DNA of 64,000 nt from NCBI GenBank assembly GCA_963821435.1, contig CAWGDR010000015.1, positions 6,240 through 70,239 of the forward strand, read 5' to 3'. The notes below the pieces were generated by a model. That model made no database searches. It saw only the letters and a list, made by a program, of their open reading frames with translations, and was not told the DNA's origin. Made by a program: the position numbers and the translations under genes. The DNA is from an uncultured Acidobacteriota bacterium (GTDB lineage: Bacteria; Acidobacteriota; Thermoanaerobaculia; UBA5066). Positions 9,831 to 19,622 of the stretch are shown in pieces. The first letter of the stretch is position 1, and each line of letters starts with the position of its first letter.

Positions 9831-12319
9831 ATGGCAGAGTACCGCTTTCCAGCACCCTGGTCCTGGCCGGTGCCGTCGCCGCGTTGTCCACGGTCGCGGG
9901 CGCACAGACGGCGCCGAGCGAAAACTACAGGAGCCGCATCAAGGCCGGCGACCTGCCTCCGAGCGTCGACCAGGACCAGGCCGAATCTCCGGAAGGCCGG
10001 ATCGAGTGGCTGAAGGAAAAGATGGGCGGCGAGCTTCCGTCCCGAGCTACGGGCCCGCATCCTGTCGGAAGTGCAACGCCTCTCGAGTCCGGGGCTGGCG
10101 CCGATCGGCGGGACCTGGAGATCGCTCGGCCCCTCGAACATCACCCGCTTTCAGAACGGCGTGAACAAGGCCAAGGACAACAACGGGCGCCTGCGCGCCA
10201 TCCTCGCCGACCCGAGGCCCGGCCGTGCCGGCACGGTCTATCTCCTCTCCTCGGGCGGAGGTCTCTGGAAGACGACGAACTTCGGCGCGCAGAATCCGAC
10301 CTGGGTCGCCAAGACGGACAGGATCTACGCGACGTCGGGCGGCGGCGCCGAGTTCGGCCGGACGCCGGACGTCATCTATCTCGGCTCGGGCGACCCGTTC
10401 GATCTCGGGGTCGGCGGCATCATGTACAAGTCGATCGAACGGCGCCGATACCTGGTCCGCCCCGATCGTCCTTCCGGGCGCGGCCCGGATCCTCGACGTC
10501 AAGGTGGACACCTCGCAGGGCTCGACCGACGCCAACGACATCGTTCTCGTCGGAACGGACGTTGGCCTCTATCGCTCGACGGACGGCGGGGCTTCCTACG
10601 GTTACGTTTCGGTCGATCCGTTTCTCGAGGGCATCTTCAACGTGCCCGGCGTGGCGGGCCACGAGGACTGGAGTTTCGTGAAGACCGGCGCGGGCTGGCT
10701 CGCCTCGCAGGCGTACTGGCAGACCTGCACGAACTGCTTCGAGCAGACGCTCGTCTATTTCTCGACCGACCGGGGCGCGACGTGGAACTACATCGCGGAC
10801 ACGGGCGTCCTCGGCTCCTCCGGTGAGGCCGGCCGTACGACGCTCACGGCGGGAGGGCCGAACAACAACATCGTCTATGCGCTCTCGGCCACCAACGACG
10901 GCAACGACCAGAAGGAGATCTACAGGTCGACCGACGGCGGGCAGCACTTCACCGCGCTCGGCGTGAACTCCAAGACGCCGACCAACCCGAATATCTTCAA
11001 CCCGGACATGGACCTCATGCACGGGCAAGCCTGGTACAACCAGATGATCCTGGCCGATCCGACCGATTCGACGGGCAACACGGTCTATGCCGGCGGCAAC
11101 TCAGCTCGGCGGTCAGCCGCGACGGCGGCAACACCTGGACGCTGCTGACCAGCTGGCTTGGAAATCTCGCGGTGAACCAGGTCGGCTTCCCGCCGCTGAT
11201 CCTTCCTTACGCACACGCCGACTTCCACTGCGCGGCCGTCTCGACGGCGTCCGGCAAGCGGATCTTCTTCGGAAACGACGGTGGCGTCTTCTACAGCGAC
11301 GACAATGGCAAGTCCTGGAACGACAACGCCAACACGGGCCTCGTCACGTCCCTGATCTACACCCTGAACTCCGGGACCGTCCACACGGACGACACCCTGA
11401 TCGGCACCCAGGACAACGGAACCTTGTTCCGCGTGAATGGCACGACGTACACGGGCTCGATCGGCGGTGACGGCTTCGGCACCGGCTGGAGCCAGGCGAA
11501 CAACGACGTGTCGATGGGGAGCCTCTATTTCCTCGACATCCGGCGGTGGCTGAAGAACCCGCCGAACAACCAGGCCAAGTACGACGTGCTGCTCAACACG
11601 TCGAACCTGGCGGGCCCGCCCCGGGTTACCCGTGGTACTTCGACTCTTACTTCGTGACCCCGATCGCGACGCCGACGGTGGCGGCGGACCCGACCGGGCA
11701 CGTGTTCTACACGAACACCGCCCACTACCTTCTCAAGACCGCCAACAGCGGCGACTTCTGGACTCCGATCTGGACCTCACCGGCCGCGGGCCGCGTCATC
11801 CGGGCGGTGAGCTTCGGCGTTGGCCTCGCGCCAGACGATTTGAACCACATCGGGCTTGCCGGAAACGCGAACCACTTCCTCTACACCCACGACGGCGGGG
11901 CGACCTGGGCGGACATCAACATCGCCGCGGCGGGGATTCCGACATGGCCCGGGTTCAATTCGGCGCTCGGCTGGGCGAGCGATCATACGAAGGTCTTCCT
12001 CGCGAACGAGGCGACGACAGGCGGGCCGCATGTCGCGAAGAGCCTGAACGGCGGCGCCGCCTGGAGCGACGCGACCGGCGATCTGCCGCAGCTTCCGATC
12101 AACAGGCTCGTCGTGGATCCGACCGATCCGAGCGGCCAGACGGTGTTCGTCGCGAACTGGATCGGCGTCTACCGGACGGTCGATGGCGGCGTTCACTGGG
12201 ATCCTGTCGGCAACGGCCTTCCCCTCGCGATGATCTCGGACATGTACTTTCCGCCGACGGGCAACTTTCTCCGCATCTCGAGCTACGGCCGGGGCGTCTG
12301 GGAGCTCCCGCTCAAGTAA
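9831..12319 (+). CDS. Secreted BNR/Asp-box (VPS10/sortilin-like) beta-propeller protein (frameshifted)
   Basis: Signal peptide; repeated SxDGGxxW/F Asp-boxes; GGGLWKT, HADFH, IGTQDNGT, GDGF; ends SYGRGVWELPLK. Confidence 0.8.
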
Positions 12320-12344
12320 CTCTTTCGGCAGACCGGATTCCTCG

Positions 12345-12380
12345 CGGGGCCGCCGACGGAGGCGGCCCCGGTTCGTTGTT
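12345..12380 (+). terminator. Probable intrinsic terminator
   Basis: Perfect 10-bp stem cggggccgcc/ggcggccccg, 6-nt loop, then T-rich gttcgttgtt, just after stop at 12319. Confidence 0.65.
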
Positions 12381-12432
12381 GGACAGATTGTCGGGGCTTG
12401 AATCCGAAGACGGAGCCCTATCATCGGGAGCG

Positions 12433-13231
12433 ATGAGAACATCGAAGATCATTCTTTACATCGCGGCGTCGGCCCTCGGCGCCGGCAGCGCCGCGCCTGC
12501 CGGCGCCGGTGTCGTCTTCACCGCGACGACGAAGGTAGAGAGTCCGACGGCGCGGCTCGTCTCCCTCGCCGACTCGACGGTCCGCGGCTGGGTAGACGGG
12601 GATCGCGGCAGGGTCGAGTTCCTCGAGAGCCGAAACAGCGCCTGGCCGAAGGGAAGCATCCTGCTGACGAGCGACGGAGGCCGGACGGTTCGGTTCTTCG
12701 ATCCCGTCGCCAGGAAATGCCGGCCGTGGGCTCCGTTCGCCGGAGCCGGCGCCTTCCCGCCTGCGGCGACCGGCGCATCGGCCACGCGCGAGAACCTGCG
12801 GGTCGAAAAGTCGCTCGATGAGCTCGGTTCAAAGGTCACGGGCTTCCCGACGCACCATCTACCGTTTCTCGATCGCCTATGACACGAACGTGAGTGGCGT
12901 GGGTGGCGTCCGAAGGTCGCACACCGATAGGGTGGACGACTTCTGGGTGACCCCGGAACTCCCGGATCCGGCTCTCGCGATCTGGCCGACGGCACGAGCT
13001 CCGGGGACCGGCGACGAAAGGCTCGACGGCGAGTTGGCCGTCGCAATGGCGGAGGTCCGGGGCGTTCCGCTCAGGCGCGTCACCGTCGAGAGGGTCGCTT
13101 TCGACGGGCGTCCCCCTCAGACGACCACGACGACGGTCGAGGTCACCCGGCTGACACGGGCCCGTGTCGCCGCTTCGATGTTTCTCGAGCCGTTCCCGTG
13201 CAAGATCCTGAAGCCGGAGGACCGGCGCTGA
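12433..13231 (+). CDS. Exported hypothetical protein (DUF4412-like), one frameshift
   Basis: Signal peptide; beta-rich; GVPLR and VAASMF motifs; TATCAT 8 nt upstream of ATG. Confidence 0.55.
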
Positions 13232-13264
13232 GCCCGCCGGAGGCCTGCCGCCTCCCTCCGGACT

Positions 13265-14199
13265 TCACCTCGCCACGCGAAACGTCGTCGAGACTTCCCC
13301 TCGCCGGAACGACCGCCGGGGCCCTTCACCTTCTCGAGGTCGAGCGTGACGGTGACGGACTCGCCGGGCGCGAAGTCCCGCTCCGGCGTGAAGCGGACGA
13401 GCTGGTCCTCGGCGCGGTAGGAGACCGCGCCCGGGATCGCCCCCGACAGGGTCCCGAGCGCGAGGACGGCGTCCGCGTCGAAGCCCCCTGGGGCCAGCGG
13501 CACGTCGACGAGGAAGTTCACGGTGACGCGTCTCGCCGCCACGATCGAGCCGTTCGCTGGGAAGACGTCGGCGGTCGACGGGCCGGGGCCCTTCGGCGCC
13601 TGGTCGATGGCCCACATCACGACCCCGACGGCGACGTCGGGGGGACGGGCGGAAACGGGGAGATGGCCCGACGACAGCTCCTTCGTTCCGAAGTAGATCA
13701 GGGCGGCCGCCGCGACGACGCCGAGGATGATCCAGCCGGTCGGGATCTTCTTCAGGACGACCCGGAGCGTCGCCTTTTCGCCCGCCTTGAGGTCGAACTC
13801 CTTCCCGCGGGGGTCCTTCAGCGCCTCGATGTCGCCGTTCTCGTTGATCCGCTTCGTCACGAGGATGCGATAGCTCCCGGTCGCGAGGTCCGGGATCGCC
13901 CACATCGGCGACATCGAGCGCCCGACGAGCGACAGGTTCGTCCCGTCCGCGCGGTAGATCTCCGAGAGGACGGGGTAGGGGACGAGGCGGAAAGCCTCGA
14001 CGTCGCCCTGCTTCTCGAAAATCAGGACCTCCACGGCGCCGGTGGTCTTCTTCGCCGGGGTCCCTTCGGCGCCGGTTTCGGAGGCGGGCGCCTCAGGGAT
14101 CTGCGACCGCTTGACGCCGACCGAGACGCAGCCGTCGAGCGCGAGCGGCGCCATCGCCGTCAGGAGGGCAAAGACGAGAGGGCGGGGGGGCCGCTTCAT
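13265..14199 (-). CDS. Putative lipoprotein with C-terminal Ig-like (Big_5/SbsA) domain
   Basis: Hydrophobic leader ending ALDGC; VFPANGS...[19 protein letters not shown]; frameshift near the 3' end. Confidence 0.6.
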
Positions 14200-14284
14200 C
14201 GCTTCTCTTTGTTTGCGTCAAGCATGCCACTTCCAGGCATCCTGGGTGCTGGACTCCGGCCGAAGATCCTGCCAGGATCTGGGC

Positions 14285-15369
14285 GTGAGTCAGGCGTATG
14301 TTCCGTCCGACGTCCGCCTCCGCGGCCGCGGAGCGGGGGGCGACGCTCCGAACCGGTTCGAGCGGCTGAGGTACGCCAACGACGACGATATCGAGCCGGC
14401 GCCGGGGGAGGATGCGCCGACGCTCAGGACCGAGTACTTTTCCGACGCCTCGCGCTCGATCCTCTCGACGAACGACAGCCCGGACATCCCGTTCGACGTC
14501 AGCCTGAACCCCTACCGCGGCTGCGAGCACGGCTGCGCCTACTGCTACGCCCGGCCGACCCACGAGTACCTCGGCTTCTCGGCGGGGCTCGACTTCGAGA
14601 CGCAGGATCCTCGTGAAGGAGGACGCGCCGGAGCTCCTCCGCGAAGGAGCTGTCGTCGCGGCGCTGGAAGCCGCAGACGGTGGCTCTCTCGGGCGTCACC
14701 GACGCGTACCAGCCGGTCGAGCGGAAGCTCGGCCTCACGCGCCGGTGCCTCGAGGTCTTCCTCGACTTCCGGAACCCGGTCGGGATCGTCACGAAAGGGG
14801 ACCTCGTGGTGCGGGACGCCGACCTCCTGTCGTCTCTCGCCGCCGTCACGCGCCGCCTCCGTGGCGCTCTCGATCGCCACGCTCGACGAGGCGCTCGCCC
14901 GCGCGATGGAGCCGCGGGCGCCGTCCCGCGGGCCCGCCTCGAGGCGATCCGCGCTCTCTCGTCGGCGGGCGTTCCGACGAGCGTCTACGTCGCGCCGGTC
15001 GTGCCGGGCCTGAACGACCACGAGATGCCGGCCGTCCTCGCGGCGGCCCGCGAGGCCGGCGCGCGCTTCGCCTCGAGCACGCCGGTCCGGCTGCCGCTCG
15101 CGGTCGCGCCTCTCTTCCTCGACTGGCTGGAGCGAAACGTGCCGCTCCGGAAGGACAAGGTCCTTTCGCGGATCCGCGACGTCCGCGGCGGACGGCTGAA
15201 CGACCCGGGGTTCTGCTCGCGGATGCGGGGCGAGGGGCCGTACGCGGAGCAGCTCCGCGCGCTCTTTCGCGTGGCGGCCCGGAAGGCGGGATTCGAGCCG
15301 GGCGGCCCCTCTCTTTCGGCCGCCTCGTTCCGTGTTCCGTCCGGCCCCCAGCTCTCCCTCTTCCCGTAA
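14285..15369 (+). CDS. PA0069/Rv2578c family radical SAM protein (spore photoproduct lyase-like), frameshifted
   Basis: [38 protein letters not shown] (CxxxCxxC), TDAYQPVE, ends QLSLF. Confidence 0.92.
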
Positions 15370-15406
15370 CATCCAGGGGCCCGGCCTCCGGGCCTCGAGG
15401 GATTCC

Positions 15407-15886
15407 ATGACCAAGCCGAAGACACCGGTCGAGCGCCTCCGCTCGACGTGGCAGAGCCTGAGCCCGAAGCCGGGCGGGAAATTCGTCTTCTCGAAGCTCT
15501 TCGGGCGGTTCATCCCCTACTCGGGCTCGATCCGTCCCGAGATCCTCGAGCTGGCGCCGGGCCGCGCCGTCATCGCGATCGGCGACCGGCGCGCCGTCCG
15601 GAACCACCTCGACTCCGTCCACGCCGTCGCCCTCGCGAACCTCGGCGAGATGTCGACGGGTCTCGCGCTCGGATTCGGGATGCCGGCGGACGGCCGGTCG
15701 ATCCTCGTCCGGCTCTCGTGCGAGTACCTCAAGAAGGCGCGGGGCCGGCTGGTGGCGACCTGCGAGGCTCCGGCGGTCGCCTCGACCGAGCCGCGCGACT
15801 ACGAGGTCGTGAGCGTGATCCGCGACGAACAGGGAGACACCGTGGCGCGGGCCACGGCCGTCTGGAAGGTGGGGCCGAGCCGATGA
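15407..15886 (+). CDS. Hotdog-fold thioesterase (DUF4442/PaaI-like)
   Basis: PYSGSI, VRNHLDSVHAVALANLGE, EYLKKARG. Confidence 0.85.
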   Translation: MTKPKTPVERLRSTWQSLSPKPGGKFVFSKLFGRFIPYSGSIRPEILELAPGRAVIAIGDRRAVRNHLDSVHAVALANLGEMSTGLALGFGMPADGRSILVRLSCEYLKKARGRLVATCEAPAVASTEPRDYEVVSVIRDEQGDTVARATAVWKVGPSR

Positions 15887-16851
15887 GGAGCTTCACCGAA
15901 ACGGCCGGCGTCGAGGTGCCGCTCCTCTGCGGGCCGATGTACCCCTGCTCGAACCCGGAGCTCGTCGCCGCCGTCTCCGAGGCGGGGGGGCTCGGCGTCA
16001 TCCAGCCGCTCTCGCTGGTCTACGTCCACAAGCTCGACGTCCGGGAGGGGCTGAAGCGGATCCGGTCCCTCACGAAGAAGCCGGTCGGCCTGAACATCCT
16101 CACCGAGAAATCGCTCTCGGCGGTCTACCGGAAGCGGATGGAGGAGTACCTGGAGCTCTCGCTGGAGGCGGGGATCCGCTTCTTCATCACGGCGCTCGGG
16201 AACCCCGACTGGGTCGTTAAGCGCGCGCACGCGGCCGGGGCCGTCGTCTTCCACGACGTCGTCGACCGCCGGTGGGCCGAGAAGGGGATCGCCGAGGGGG
16301 TGGACGGCCTCATCTGCGTCAACAGCCGCGCCGGGGGCCATGCGGGGCGGAAGACGCCGCAGGAGCTTCTCGCGGAGCTGGCGGACCTCGGCGTCCCGCT
16401 CGTCTGCGCCGGGGGCGTCGGGAGCGAGGCGGAGTTCAAATCGATGCTCAGCCTCGGCTATTCCGCCGTCCAGATGGGGACCCGGTTCATCGCCACCGAC
16501 GAGTGCACCGCGCACGCCGACTACAAGAAGGCGATCCTCGACGCGCAGGAGAAGGACATCGTCCTGACCGAGCGGATCACGGGCGTCCCGCTTTCGATCA
16601 TCAGGACGCCGTTCGTCGAGAGGATGGGGACGAAGGCGGGGCCGGTCGGGAGGTGGATGCTCTCCGGGCACCGGACGAAGCACTGGATGCGCGCAATCTA
16701 CTCCGTCCGGTCGGCCTTCCAGCTCCGGAATGCCTCGATGAAGGGAGCCTCGTCGAAGGACTTCTGGCAGGCCGGGAAGAGCGTCGCGACGATCCATTCC
16801 GTCGAACCCGCGGCCGCGATCGTCCGTCGTTTCGCGGCCGCGGCGGGCTGA
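15883..16851 (+). CDS. Nitronate monooxygenase / FabK-like FMN oxidoreductase
   Basis: PMYPCSNPELVAAVSEAGGLG, AGGHAG, CAGG, VQMGTRFIAT.EC, WQAGKSV; ATGA overlap. Confidence 0.88.
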   Translation: MRSFTETAGVEVPLLCGPMYPCSNPELVAAVSEAGGLGVIQPLSLVYVHKLDVREGLKRIRSLTKKPVGLNILTEKSLSAVYRKRMEEYLELSLEAGIRFFITALGNPDWVVKRAHAAGAVVFHDVVDRRWAEKGIAEGVDGLICVNSRAGGHAGRKTPQELLAELADLGVPLVCAGGVGSEAEFKSMLSLGYSAVQMGTRFIATDECTAHADYKKAILDAQEKDIVLTERITGVPLSIIRTPFVERMGTKAGPVGRWMLSGHRTKHWMRAIYSVRSAFQLRNASMKGASSKDFWQAGKSVATIHSVEPAAAIVRRFAAAAG

Positions 16852-16868
16852 GGTCGGGATCCGGCCGG

Positions 16869-17705
16869 CTACTTCTTCTTTTCAGCCGGCTTCGGAGCCC
16901 AGTACTCCGGGTCCTTCGCCGTCCATTCCTTGGGGGGGTAGCTCATTTTCGGATTGAAGGAGTAGAGATTCTGGGTGACGCTGATGTAGCCGTCCGAGGA
17001 CGCCTTGTTGAGGGCCTTCTGCCCCTCCTCGCCCTCGGCCTCCTGGATCGCCTTCGCGGCCTTCATGGTGGCGTCGACCTCGTCGAGCGACTTCATCGGG
17101 ATCCAGACCGTGTACGTCGGCCCGGGCATTCCGGCGGTGACCTGGAAGACGGCCCACTGGAGAGCCACGTTCGCCTTCTTGTAGGCTTCCCGCACGATCG
17201 AGACGGAGTTCGTGAAGTCGGCGTCATGGCCCGGACGGACCCGGAACGTGATGATCCGGAAGTAGCGCATCTTCGCGACGTCGATGGACGGGTTGTTGCT
17301 CAGATCCTCGCGGAAGGCGAGGAGGAGGCCGGATCCGCTCGAGAGGAGCTCACCGTCCTTCTCGGTCAGCGCATCGAGCTCGGCCGTGAGCGCCTTGTTT
17401 CCCTCCAGAGCCTTCGTGTCCTTCTCCCAGGCGGCGATCGACGGGTATCCCGTGATGAACCAGGCCTCCGCGGGACCCGTCAGGGAGGTCAACGCGAGAT
17501 AGTGCGAGGGCCAGTTCGCCTTCGCAAAAGCGGCGGGCCATCCGACCTCGACCTTCTCGTGGGCGGGACCCTTCCCGGGCTTCACCTCTTCGCGGTAGAT
17601 CTGGAGAATCTTCGGCGGGCCGGGCGGCTCCTGCGCCGTCACCCGAGCCGCCGCCGAAACCGCGAGACACGTGGCACCGATCAGACCGAGCGTCTTTCTC
17701 GTCAT
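16869..17705 (-). CDS. Secreted hypothetical protein with two NIPSNAP/ABM-like repeats
   Basis: Signal peptide; SD GAGGAGG; internal repeat IYREEVKPGK / IITFRVRPGH. Confidence 0.65.
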   Translation of the reverse strand: MTRKTLGLIGATCLAVSAAARVTAQEPPGPPKILQIYREEVKPGKGPAHEKVEVGWPAAFAKANWPSHYLALTSLTGPAEAWFITGYPSIAAWEKDTKALEGNKALTAELDALTEKDGELLSSGSGLLLAFREDLSNNPSIDVAKMRYFRIITFRVRPGHDADFTNSVSIVREAYKKANVALQWAVFQVTAGMPGPTYTVWIPMKSLDEVDATMKAAKAIQEAEGEEGQKALNKASSDGYISVTQNLYSFNPKMSYPPKEWTAKDPEYWAPKPAEKKK

Positions 17706-17777
17706 TCCTGGCCTCCTCTTTCTTGAGACAGCGTATCACTTGCCGCGTCCCGGATACGTCGGACAGCGCCTCCGGCG

Positions 17778-18261
17778 TCAGGGCGTGCTCTTCGGTGCCC
17801 AGGCCAAGCACTCGACCTCGACGCGCGCGCCCTTCGCGAGGCCGTTCGCGCCGAGGGCGCTCCGGGCCGGAAAGTGCTTCGGGAAGTAGCCGCGGTAGAC
17901 CTCGTTGAAGGCGGGCCAGTCGCCCATGTCCGCGAGGAAGACGCTGCACTTCACGACGTCGTCCATGGACGCGCCGTGACGCCCGAGGACGGCCTTGGTG
18001 TTCTCCATCGCCTGCCGCGCCTCGGCCTTGATGCCGCCCGGGACCGGCTCGAGGGTTCCCGGAGCGTTGCCGATCTGGCCGGAGAGGAAGAGGAAGTCCC
18101 CTGCCCGGACCGCTTCCGAGAACGGCAGCGCGCGAAGGGCCGGGTCGGGAGACACGAGGAACTCCGCCTCGGCCGGCCGGGAAGTCGCGGACGAACCAGC
18201 AGGCGCAGAGGGCCGCGGCGGCGAGCAGGGCGGGGGCGATCTTCCGCGTCGTCGTTTTCAT
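17778..18261 (-). CDS. RidA (YjgF/YER057c/UK114) family protein with N-terminal signal peptide (one frameshift)
   Basis: PFSEAV, LSGQIG, FNEVY, PARS, VEVEC; leader MKTTTRKIAPALLAAAALCAC. Confidence 0.85.
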
Positions 18262-18335
18262 GGGTGGGATTATGAAGAAGGGAAACTCTCCGTTCGTGCC
18301 TGCGTATCGAATCACGGGCCCCCGGACCCGAAAAC

Positions 18336-19268
18336 GTGAAACCAGCCAGCCATTCCAGCCTCTCCCGGCGCGACGCCATCGTCGTTCTGGGCGCCGCCGC
18401 GGCGGGGACGGTGCTCGGAACGCGCCCGTCGGGCGCGAGCCCGGCGCCGCTTCGGAGGGCGATCCCGTCCTCCGGCGAGATGCTGCCCGCGATCGGTCTC
18501 GGGACGTGGCAGACGTTCGACGTCGGGCCGTCCGCGGCGGAGCGTGCGCCGCTCGAGCAGGTTCTCGCCCGCTTCGCGGAGCTCGGCGGTCGCGTCGTCG
18601 ACACGTCGCCGATGTACGGGCGCTCGGAGGAGGTCGTCGGGGACGTCGCCGCGAAGCTCGGCCTCACGGAGCCGCTCTTCCTCGCCACGAAGGTCTGGAC
18701 GCGGGGGCGGGCTGCGGGGATCTCGCAGATGGAGGCTTCCGAGCGGCTGCTCCGGAAGAAGCATCTCGACCTGATCCAGGTGCACAACCTCCTCGACGTC
18801 GAGACCCAGCTCGCGACGCTCCGGGAGTGGAAAGGCGGGCGCCGGATCCGGTACGTCGGCGTCACCCACTACACGGCTGGCGCGCATCCCGACCTGGCCC
18901 GGGTCCTCCGGAAGGAGCCTCTCGACTTCGTGCAGGTGAACTACTCGCCCGTCGAGCCCTGGGCGGAGAAGACGATCCTCCCCCTCGCTCGGGATCGGGG
19001 CGTCGCCGTCCTCGCGAACCGCCCTTTCGGCGGCGGCGAGGCGCTCCGTCGGCTCGGCGGAACGCCGCTCCCTCCCTGGGCGGCGGAGGCCGGCTGCGCG
19101 TCCTGGGCCCAGCTCTTCCTGAGGTGGATCCTCGCGAACCCCTTGGTCACCTGCGTAATCCCGGCGACGAGCAAGGTCCGGCACCTCGAGGACAACATGG
19201 CGGCGGGGGCGGGCCCCCTCCCGGACGAGACGCTGCGACGCCGGATGGCCGAGGCAGTCGCCGGCTGA
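18336..19268 (+). CDS. Aldo/keto reductase with Tat-like leader
   Basis: SRRDAIVVLGAAAAG; IGLGTW, DTSPMYG.SE, ATKVW, DLIQVHN, VIPATSK. Confidence 0.92.
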   Translation: MKPASHSSLSRRDAIVVLGAAAAGTVLGTRPSGASPAPLRRAIPSSGEMLPAIGLGTWQTFDVGPSAAERAPLEQVLARFAELGGRVVDTSPMYGRSEEVVGDVAAKLGLTEPLFLATKVWTRGRAAGISQMEASERLLRKKHLDLIQVHNLLDVETQLATLREWKGGRRIRYVGVTHYTAGAHPDLARVLRKEPLDFVQVNYSPVEPWAEKTILPLARDRGVAVLANRPFGGGEALRRLGGTPLPPWAAEAGCASWAQLFLRWILANPLVTCVIPATSKVRHLEDNMAAGAGPLPDETLRRRMAEAVAG

Positions 19269-19323
19269 AGCTTCCCGCGTGTCTTGCTACAGTCGGGCCG
19301 CGCCGACGGCGCCGGAGGAAGCC

Positions 19324-19614
19324 ATGAGCGACGACAACGCCCGGAAGATCTCCCGGGAGACCGCTCCCGGCAGCCGCCCGGAACGGGTGCAGGCTGCGTT
19401 CGACGAGCTGAGGGCGGCGCTCGGCGACCGGTCGACGCCGGAAGCGCGAGCCGCCCTTGAAAAGCTGCGCGAGTCGGTCCTCGGCGGGGATGCGGCGCAG
19501 CTGCGCCTCGAGCTCGAGGACGTGAAGGAGCGGCACGGCTGGCTCTATGCCGAGCTGGCCCGCCACCCTCGGGTGGCGGAACTGGTGAACGAGCTGGCGC
19601 TGTTCGGCCTCTGA
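19324..19614 (+). CDS. Small helical hypothetical protein
   Basis: SD GGAGG before ATG 19324; upstream TGcTACAGT; genome-like codon use. Confidence 0.65.
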   Translation: MSDDNARKISRETAPGSRPERVQAAFDELRAALGDRSTPEARAALEKLRESVLGGDAAQLRLELEDVKERHGWLYAELARHPRVAELVNELALFGL

Positions 19615-19622
19615 GCCTCCGG

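Noticed and set aside
10720-10745. CTNC as a c-type heme site
   Set aside because: Followed by Phe, not His
14285-15369. Radical SAM as a RiPP maturase
   Set aside because: Clear PA0069/SPL-like family; no SPASM domain, precursor peptide or exporter
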